Assembly (NCBI GenBank): GCA_902762875.1
Contig: CACWPS010000003.1
Span: forward strand, 94,550 to 158,549
DNA length: 64,000 nucleotides
Source: Oscillospiraceae bacterium
Lineage (GTDB): Bacteria > Bacillota > Clostridia > Oscillospirales > Acutalibacteraceae
Direction of reading: 5' to 3'
Every line of letters begins with the position of its first letter. Positions within the stretch are counted from its first letter, which is position 1. Positions 57,898 to 64,000 of this stretch are shown one piece after another. A program made the position numbers and the translations under genes. The notes below the pieces were generated by a model. It saw nothing but the letters and a program-made list of their open reading frames with translations. It had not been told where the DNA came from and searched no databases.

Positions 57898-58128
57898 TAT
57901 TATTTCACCTTTCGAAAATATTGTTTCAATTTTAACATACTTTTCCTATAAAATCAAGCAATAGTATTATAAAATATGTGGGTAACAAAAGGAAAAATTT
58001 GAATTATACGCCTCTTTACTGATGATTAAAACCGAAAAGGAGTAAATTTATGACTATATAAAATTTTGCAGAAGCATTAAAATATTAGATATGTTTCGGA
58101 AGGCGGCAGGGGTGAACCGTATGTATTC

Positions 58129-58277
58129 GGGGCGATGTGGGCATCGCCCCCTAAGCAGATTCAATTTACACTTGTAGGGGACAGCCCCAAATCGTCCCGT
58201 GCAAATTCAAAACGGACGGGCAATGCCCGCCCCTACAAGGGAAAATTAATTGTAGGGGCGACCATCGGTCGTCCGTT
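58129..58277. repeat. Cluster of REP-like GC-rich palindromic units (TGTAGGGGCG-type)
   Basis: There are four units:
- GGGGCGATG-tggg-CATCGCCCC.
- CTTGTAGGGGACAGCCCC...CGTCCCGT, inverted against ACGGACGGGCAATGCCCGCCCCTACAAG.
- TTGTAGGGGCGACCATCGGTCGTCCG. Confidence 0.7.
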
Positions 58278-58292
58278 ATATCATATTAAAAA

Positions 58293-58934
58293 TCAAATTT
58301 TAGAATAACCGAAGCCGTTTACGAGGGCGTCGAGCTTTTTGCCCTCACGGCATTGGGGGCATTCGTGGGCGGGGAAGCTCTGATAATCAGGCAGGTCGTT
58401 GGGGTTGAATACCGAATAAACGGGGAAGCCGCCGAAGGAATCAACCGTTGAGAAAATCGCCGAAATTCCCACAACATCGCCGCCGTAGTACTTAACCGCC
58501 TCTACAGCCGCCTGTGCGGTGTAGCCTGTGGAGATAGAGGCCTCCAAAATAAGTACATGCTTTCCCCGAATCATAGATGCGGTGTTGTCACGGAAGATAA
58601 GCTGACTGCCAGTTGTGTGCTCGGGAGTTGCTATATAAATGGTCTGGTGGGCATTCATATTTGAAAAATCGTCCTTAGTCAGCCCCTCTGCAAGGCAGGT
58701 GCCTATAACCTGTGTGCCGTCAAGGCAGAGTATGGTATCGATAATCGTGTTGTGGTGATAGTATGTCAGCAGCTCTTCGGCAACCGCCTTCGCCTCGGAA
58801 AGACGGGATTTCTGTGCGGTAACATCGATATAATAGTTAGTATGGCTGTGGCTGGTGGCAAAGTGCCCCTTGGTTATACGAAGAAAAAGATTGTTTCTCT
58901 TTGTACGGATTTTATAGCTTTCGTTTGTCGGCAT
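58293..58934 (-). CDS. Phosphoribosyltransferase family protein (PyrE-like) with a C-terminal CPxC tail
   Basis: The PRT-type acidic/hydrophobic loop is VLILEASISTGYT. 213 aa. The C-terminus reads HECPQCREG. The specific activity is unknown. Confidence 0.6.
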   Translation of the reverse strand: MPTNESYKIRTKRNNLFLRITKGHFATSHSHTNYYIDVTAQKSRLSEAKAVAEELLTYYHHNTIIDTILCLDGTQVIGTCLAEGLTKDDFSNMNAHQTIYIATPEHTTGSQLIFRDNTASMIRGKHVLILEASISTGYTAQAAVEAVKYYGGDVVGISAIFSTVDSFGGFPVYSVFNPNDLPDYQSFPAHECPQCREGKKLDALVNGFGYSKI

Positions 58935-59081
58935 AAATTAACCTCCCAAAAATTTCTAACTCTATTTTAAGCAATTTTCATTAAAAAATCAAGTGATTAG
59001 AATGAATTTTATTCAAAAACACATACAATTCATAAATTCTTCATCAATTTAATATTCTTTAGTGAATAGGATGGGGATTTT

Positions 59082-60407
59082 GTGAAGGAAATATTAGAGT
59101 TTGTTGAAAAATTGATTTCAGGTATGCTGCCTTTTACATTTCTTGTGATTTGCGGTGTATTTCTAACGGTAAAAAGCGGGTTTTTTCAGTTTAGGTTTTT
59201 GCCTTTATCAATTAAACATGCTTTGGGCGTTGCGTTTTCAAGAAAAAAATCAAAGGACGGCATAAGCCCCTTTCAGGCGGCCTGTACTGCGCTTTCTTCC
59301 ACCGTAGGCACGGGGAATATTGCGGGGGTTGCAGGGGCGATTGCCGTAGGCGGTGCGGGCGCAGTATTTTGGATGTGGATAAGCGCCCTTGCAGGAATGG
59401 CGGTAAAATCTGCCGAAATAATTTTAGCCCTTAAATTTAAAGACAAAAAGGGCGGCGGGCCTATGTATTATATAAAATACGGGCTTTCTCACTCTTTAAC
59501 TTTTCTTGCAATAATTTTTAGCTTAGCGGGTATATTATCCGCCTTTTTCAGCGGAAATATCACCCAAACAGGCTCGGCTATAGCCACACTTAATGCGGGA
59601 AAGGGTGTAAAGCTTCTGTTTGGCATAGGCTTTGCACTAACGGTGGCCGCCGTTATAATAGGCGGGGCAAAGCGGATAGGAAATATAACCGAAAAAATAG
59701 TGCCGCTTATGGCACTTCTTTATATTATTATGACCCTTGGGGTAATTATTATCAATATAAATTCCCTGCCGAATGCATTTGCGATAATACTCAAAGGGGC
59801 GTTTAAGCCAAAAGCGGTTACGGGCGGTGCTGTGGGCTCGGTGATTAATACGGCGGTAACGGGGGCTTCTCGTGGTGTTTTTTCAAATGAGGCGGGTTTG
59901 GGCACCTCGGCTATTGCCCACGGGGCGGCTCGGGAAAACGAGGGAGCAAAGCAGAGCCTTTACGGAATTTTCGAGGTTTTTGCGGATACCCTTGTAATAT
60001 GCACGCTTACCGCATTGACAATTTTAACGAGTGGGGTTAATATAGAATACGGAAAAACCGCCTCAACCGAGCTTGCGGCGAGTGCCCTTTCCTGCACCTA
60101 CGGAAAATGGGGCACGGTTTTGCTTGTTGTTATGATGTGCCTTTTCGGTCTGTCCAGCGTTATCGGCTGGGGGCTTTACGGTGTTAAATGCTCGGGCTTT
60201 CTTTTCGGTAAAAGGGGAGAAAAGCTGTTTACCGCCATTTACCCGTTCTTTTGCCTTGCGGGAGCGGTTTGCAAAATTGAAACGGCGTGGCGGCTGTCTG
60301 CCTTTTTTAACGGAATTATGCTTTGCGTAAATGTTTTTGCGGTAATTATGCTAAGCAACACCGCAATTAAAGAAATGAGGAATATGAATGATAAAGACAA
60401 GGATTGA
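59082..60407 (+). CDS. Alanine/glycine:cation symporter (AGCS family)
   Basis: SSTVGTGNIAGVA signature and a polytopic topology. 441 aa. The start is GTG after GGATGGGG. Confidence 0.9.
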   Translation: MKEILEFVEKLISGMLPFTFLVICGVFLTVKSGFFQFRFLPLSIKHALGVAFSRKKSKDGISPFQAACTALSSTVGTGNIAGVAGAIAVGGAGAVFWMWISALAGMAVKSAEIILALKFKDKKGGGPMYYIKYGLSHSLTFLAIIFSLAGILSAFFSGNITQTGSAIATLNAGKGVKLLFGIGFALTVAAVIIGGAKRIGNITEKIVPLMALLYIIMTLGVIIININSLPNAFAIILKGAFKPKAVTGGAVGSVINTAVTGASRGVFSNEAGLGTSAIAHGAARENEGAKQSLYGIFEVFADTLVICTLTALTILTSGVNIEYGKTASTELAASALSCTYGKWGTVLLVVMMCLFGLSSVIGWGLYGVKCSGFLFGKRGEKLFTAIYPFFCLAGAVCKIETAWRLSAFFNGIMLCVNVFAVIMLSNTAIKEMRNMNDKDKD

Positions 60408-61458
60408 ATTTTTACAGAATAATTTGAAGGACGGCGAGGCAGTATTAATCTCGTCGGACGCAAATAGGCTTTATTATACGGGTTTTCACTCCTCGGCGGG
60501 GTATGTTGCCGTAACAAGGGAAAAGGCGGTATTTTTAATAGATTTCCGCTATTTTGAAAAGGCAAAACAAACGGTTGACAGCTGTGAGGTTCAACTGCTT
60601 AAAAACTTTGCAAAGCAGTTAGGGGAGCTTTTTGCTTCCCAAAAAATAAAAACAGTCTACCTTGAGACCGATACGGTTAGTCTTTCCGCCTTTTCGTCAA
60701 TTAAAAACAGACTGCCCGATTTTGCTTTCAGCTCGGACGGAAAAATACAAAGCCTTATTTCAAAACAGCGCAGTATAAAGTCGAATGATGAAATTGAACT
60801 TATTAAAAAAGCCCAGCGAATGACCGATGAGACCTTTAGTTATATTTTGGGTAATATCGGCGCAGGCCGCACCGAGCGGGAGATTATGCTTGATATGGAG
60901 TTTTATATGCGTAGGTTAGGAAGTGAGGGAGTTTCCTTTGATTTTATAGTGGTTTCGGGTAAAAATTCCTCAATGCCCCACGGTGTCCCCACCGATAAAA
61001 AGATAGAAAAGGGCGATTTTATAACAATGGACTTCGGTGCGGTCTGCGGCGGTTATCGTTCGGATATGACCCGCACAGTAGCGGTAGGTGGGGTAAGCGA
61101 TAAGCAAAAAGAGGTATATGAAATTGTCCTTAAAGCGCAAAAGGAGACTATCGATTTTATAAAGTCGGGGGTTGTCTGCAAGGAGGTTGACCGAGTGGCA
61201 AGGGATATTATAGCTAATGCAGGCTACGGCGACTGCTTCGGTCACGGCCTCGGTCACAGCGTAGGTATTGAAATTCACGAAAACCCCGCCTGCAATACGG
61301 TTTGCGAGAACGTTGTGGAAAAGGGAATGATTATGACCGTAGAGCCCGGCATTTACATTGAAAACGAGTTCGGGGTCAGAATTGAGGATATGGTTGTTGT
61401 CACCGAAAACGGGTGTGAAAATTTAACCGCAAGTAAAAAAGAACTTATTGTCCTGTGA
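60388..61458 (+). CDS. M24 family Xaa-Pro aminopeptidase
   Basis: Creatinase-like N-domain plus metal ligand motifs DFGAVCGGYRSDMTRT, HGLGHSVGIEIHE and EPGIY. 356 aa. Confidence 0.9.
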   Translation: MIKTRIEFLQNNLKDGEAVLISSDANRLYYTGFHSSAGYVAVTREKAVFLIDFRYFEKAKQTVDSCEVQLLKNFAKQLGELFASQKIKTVYLETDTVSLSAFSSIKNRLPDFAFSSDGKIQSLISKQRSIKSNDEIELIKKAQRMTDETFSYILGNIGAGRTEREIMLDMEFYMRRLGSEGVSFDFIVVSGKNSSMPHGVPTDKKIEKGDFITMDFGAVCGGYRSDMTRTVAVGGVSDKQKEVYEIVLKAQKETIDFIKSGVVCKEVDRVARDIIANAGYGDCFGHGLGHSVGIEIHENPACNTVCENVVEKGMIMTVEPGIYIENEFGVRIEDMVVVTENGCENLTASKKELIVL

Positions 61459-61493
61459 GTCGCTTGTAACAATGCTTACAAGGGAAGTCCTGA

Positions 61494-61748
61494 TTGTATC
61501 CGAAATATATCTTACTGCCTTGTTTTTGTCCTCAAGGCTTCCTTTTAAGCTACATTTCCACCCACGGAATACTCTCCCAACTCGGACTCTTTATAGGCAG
61601 AGGAGCCCTGCTTTCAATGACAAGCGTCTTCTTCGTACTGCCAGGACTTCTTTATGTTTTTGACGGTGTGATAAATCACACCACAATCGATCTTAATTTT
61701 TACAACACTCAAAAGGAGGCAAAGGCTTTTCGGACTGTATTAGTTTAA
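61494..61748 (+). pseudogene. Probable C-terminal remnant of an MMPL/RND-type membrane transporter
   Basis: GILSQLGLFIGRGALLSMTSVFFVLPGLLYVFDGVI resembles the last TM helices of MMPL/RND permeases. There is no upstream body, no RBS, and the frame is broken upstream. Confidence 0.45.
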
Positions 61749-61760
61749 TATATTAAAATA

Positions 61761-61788
61761 CGGCGGGCAGTCAATCGACTGCCCGCCG
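61761..61788. terminator. Bidirectional hairpin terminator
   Basis: CGGCGGGCAGTC-aatc-GACTGCCCGCCG with AT/T-rich flanks. It lies between the remnant (+) and the lipoprotein gene (-). Confidence 0.7.
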
Positions 61789-61805
61789 TTAAATATACTT
61801 AATTA

Positions 61806-62294
61806 TTATTTATGTGTATTAACAGATACAGTTATTCCCAATCCGGATGCGGCGCTTTCAACGGCTGTTGCGGCTTCTTTTAAAATGTCGGCTTCGTTTA
61901 ACTCTGTATTGTTGAGCTCTGTTATTTCTAAATCGATTTCGATATTTTCTTTTAAAAAGCCGGTATCCTTAGCGGCGGTTAATATGCTTTTCATAACCGA
62001 GTTAATATCGGCAACACTTGCTTTAGTGCTCTTTTTTACTGTTTCTGCGTCTTCGTTTAAAGACTCTAACCCTACAACATAATTGCCGCTGTCCAAATAT
62101 ATGTTAAAATGAGGATTAATTTTCATTGATAAAACGACGGCATAGTCTGTCGGTTTTACGAAGGCCGTCGAATCGGAAACAGCCGAGGAAGTTAAATCCG
62201 TATCAGAGGAAGACAAATCATCGCCTTTTTTGCTGCAGGCGCAAAGGGTAAGCAGTAAAACCAGAGATAAAATTAATGCTGAAAATTTTTTCAT
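61806..62294 (-). CDS. Hypothetical lipoprotein
   Basis: Signal peptide MKKFSALILSLVLLLTLCAC with a lipobox. 162 aa. I recognised no family motif. Confidence 0.65.
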   Translation of the reverse strand: MKKFSALILSLVLLLTLCACSKKGDDLSSSDTDLTSSAVSDSTAFVKPTDYAVVLSMKINPHFNIYLDSGNYVVGLESLNEDAETVKKSTKASVADINSVMKSILTAAKDTGFLKENIEIDLEITELNNTELNEADILKEAATAVESAASGLGITVSVNTHK

Positions 62295-62458
62295 TGTGAA
62301 TGTACTCCTTGACTATGATAGTTTATCGAAGGTCGCCGATTTAATTATATCTGTAAAAAATTAATAAGTCAATATTTTATTACAGGCGTCGCATAATACA
62401 AATATAGAGTGATTGTTTTTACAAAATTCTGCAAAATAGCGATTTGCTTCAATTTGGG

Positions 62459-62487
62459 TTGACAATCAAGGCGGTAATTGTTATAAT
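62459..62487 (+). promoter_or_regulatory. Consensus promoter TTGACA-17-TATAAT upstream of glf
   Basis: Both hexamers are perfect with a 17-nt spacer, about 40 nt upstream of the ATG at 62528. Confidence 0.65.
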
Positions 62488-62527
62488 AATTATGTTATTA
62501 ATAGAAAATAAGGGGATTATACGCATT

Positions 62528-63631
62528 ATGAATAAATACGATTATCTTCTGGTTGGCGGAGGACTTTTTTCTGCCGTATTTGCATATCAGGCACGAAAAA
62601 ATGGGAAAAAGTGCCTTGTTATTGAAAAAAGATCCCATTTAGGGGGCAATATCTATTGCGAGGATGTATGCGGTATACATGTGCATAAATACGGTGCGCA
62701 CATTTTCCATACCTCCGACCGCCGTGTTTGGGAATTTGTAAATTCCATTGCGGAATTTAACCGTTATACCAACTGCCCCGTTGCTTGCTACAAGGGCGAG
62801 ATGTATAATATGCCATTTAATATGAATACCTTTAGCAAAATGTGGGGAATAAGAACTCCTGCGGAGGCTAAGGCCATCATCGAAAAACAGCGCTCCGCTA
62901 TAAAGGGGGAGCCGAAAAATCTTGAGGAGCAGGCGATAAGCCTTGTGGGTGAGGATATTTACCGCAAGCTTATTAAGGGCTATACCGAAAAGCAGTGGGG
63001 AAGAAGCTGTACCGAGCTTCCGAGCTTTATTATCAAGCGTCTGCCCGTAAGATATATTTATGATAATAACTACTTTAACGACCTCTATCAGGGTATACCG
63101 ATAGGAGGCTACAATGTATTGACGGACAAGCTCTTCGAGGGCTGTGATGTTATGCTTAATACCGATTATAACTCCGACCGTGAAAAGTATAACGCTATGG
63201 CGGATAAGGTGCTTTACACGGGAACTCTCGATTCACTCTTTGATTACTGCTACGGTAAGCTTGAGTACAGAAGTCTTAGGTTTGAAACAGAGACACTTAA
63301 TGAAGAAAACCATCAGGGTGTTGCGGTTGTAAATTATACCGAACGGGAAATACCCTATACCCGCGTTATTGAGCACAAGCACTTTGAAAACACCGAAAGC
63401 GATAAAACCGTTATAACCCGTGAGTATCCCGCCGACTGGAAAGAGGGTATGGAGCCCTACTATCCCATAAACGATGAGAGAAATACCGAGCTTTTTAATA
63501 AGTATAAAGAATTGGCGGACAAAAAGGAAAATATGCTTTTCGGCGGTCGGTTGGCTGAATATAAGTATTACGATATGGATAAGGTTATAGCCTCCGCCTT
63601 TAACCTTACCGATAGGGAGTTTGGCAAATAA
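62528..63631 (+). CDS. glf: UDP-galactopyranose mutase
   Basis: YDYLLVGGGLFSAVFA FAD-binding N-terminus, GGNIY and HKYGAHIFHT. The ATG at 62528 is preferred; the track start 62444 precedes the promoter. Confidence 0.92.
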   Translation: MNKYDYLLVGGGLFSAVFAYQARKNGKKCLVIEKRSHLGGNIYCEDVCGIHVHKYGAHIFHTSDRRVWEFVNSIAEFNRYTNCPVACYKGEMYNMPFNMNTFSKMWGIRTPAEAKAIIEKQRSAIKGEPKNLEEQAISLVGEDIYRKLIKGYTEKQWGRSCTELPSFIIKRLPVRYIYDNNYFNDLYQGIPIGGYNVLTDKLFEGCDVMLNTDYNSDREKYNAMADKVLYTGTLDSLFDYCYGKLEYRSLRFETETLNEENHQGVAVVNYTEREIPYTRVIEHKHFENTESDKTVITREYPADWKEGMEPYYPINDERNTELFNKYKELADKKENMLFGGRLAEYKYYDMDKVIASAFNLTDREFGK

Positions 63632-64000
63632 TGGGAGAGATAAAGGTTAGCATTATAATGCCTGTTTACGGCGTTGAGGACTATGTCGGCAAGGCGATTG
63701 AGAGTATTCAGAACCAAACCCTTACCGATTGGGAGTTTTTCTGCGTTGATGACGGTACTAAAGACAGAAGCGGCGAAATCTGCGATGAATACGCAAAGAA
63801 CGACCCGCGCATTATAGTCGTTCATAAGGAAAACGGCGGCGCACCGAGCGCCCGCAATGTCGCTATTGATAAGGCAAAGGGTAAGTATATGTATTTTATG
63901 GACTCGGACGATTGGGCCGAGCCTAATATGCTTGAGGATATGTATAACCTTGCCGAGGAAAATAATTCCCAGCTTGTGGTGGCAGGCTATTATATTGATA
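63631..64000 (+). CDS. Family 2 glycosyltransferase, N-terminal part (runs off the window)
   Basis: My own translation is MGEIKVSIIMPVYGVEDYVGKAIESIQNQTLTDWEFFCVDDGTKDRSG...YFMDSDDW (GT-A fold, DXD). The start overlaps the glf stop. Confidence 0.85.
   Translation, partial: MGEIKVSIIMPVYGVEDYVGKAIESIQNQTLTDWEFFCVDDGTKDRSGEICDEYAKNDPRIIVVHKENGGAPSARNVAIDKAKGKYMYFMDSDDWAEPNMLEDMYNLAEENNSQLVVAGYYID

Overview
This is a chromosomal, mostly housekeeping segment of a moderate-GC Firmicutes/Clostridia-type genome. The gene content (ytvI, V-type ATPase, ctsR-mcsAB-clpC, cdaA-cdaR, ymdB/asp23/yloV/recG) looks like Oscillospiraceae or Ruminococcaceae, but I cannot assign a species. I support about 60 protein genes and one tRNA-Leu(UAA).

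Main blocks:
- ymdB(partial)-SBP-asp23-yloV-recG.
- An 8-gene minus-strand unit: hydrolase-murF-ddl-CDF-feoA-feoB-small Cys protein-unknown membrane protein.
- A 9-gene V-type ATPase operon with an Na+-type c-ring signature.
- A single HTH-TPR gene.
- hom-lysC, ytvI, and DUF3343 plus cysteine desulfurase.
- cdaA-cdaR, recD2-comF, and mreB.
- An 11-gene aromatic amino acid operon.
- Type III glutamine synthetase.
- ctsR-mcsA-mcsB-clpC.
- ACT-UPF0210-aroK.
- A PRT-family gene, an AGCS symporter, an M24 peptidase, and glf plus the start of a GT2 gene.

I see no prophage, CRISPR array, toxin-antitoxin pair or multi-gene defence-like island, and no cluster of unknown proteins. The unusual content is non-coding or very small:
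1. A Phe/Tyr-rich leader ORF plus terminator ahead of the aro operon.
2. A structured mcsB-clpC spacer in which an anti-SD has two alternative partners.
3. A four-copy family of hairpin-array intergenic repeats with compensatory stem changes, two of which bracket the HTH-TPR gene.
4. A TA-flanked MITE-like element exactly between a stop codon and the next RBS, plus a 23-nt miniature copy elsewhere.
5. Duplicated terminators enclosing an orphan hairpin-rich spacer.
6. Two unlisted tiny Cys-rich membrane ORFs.

All calls come from reading the sequence and the ORF track. No searches or folding programs were run.
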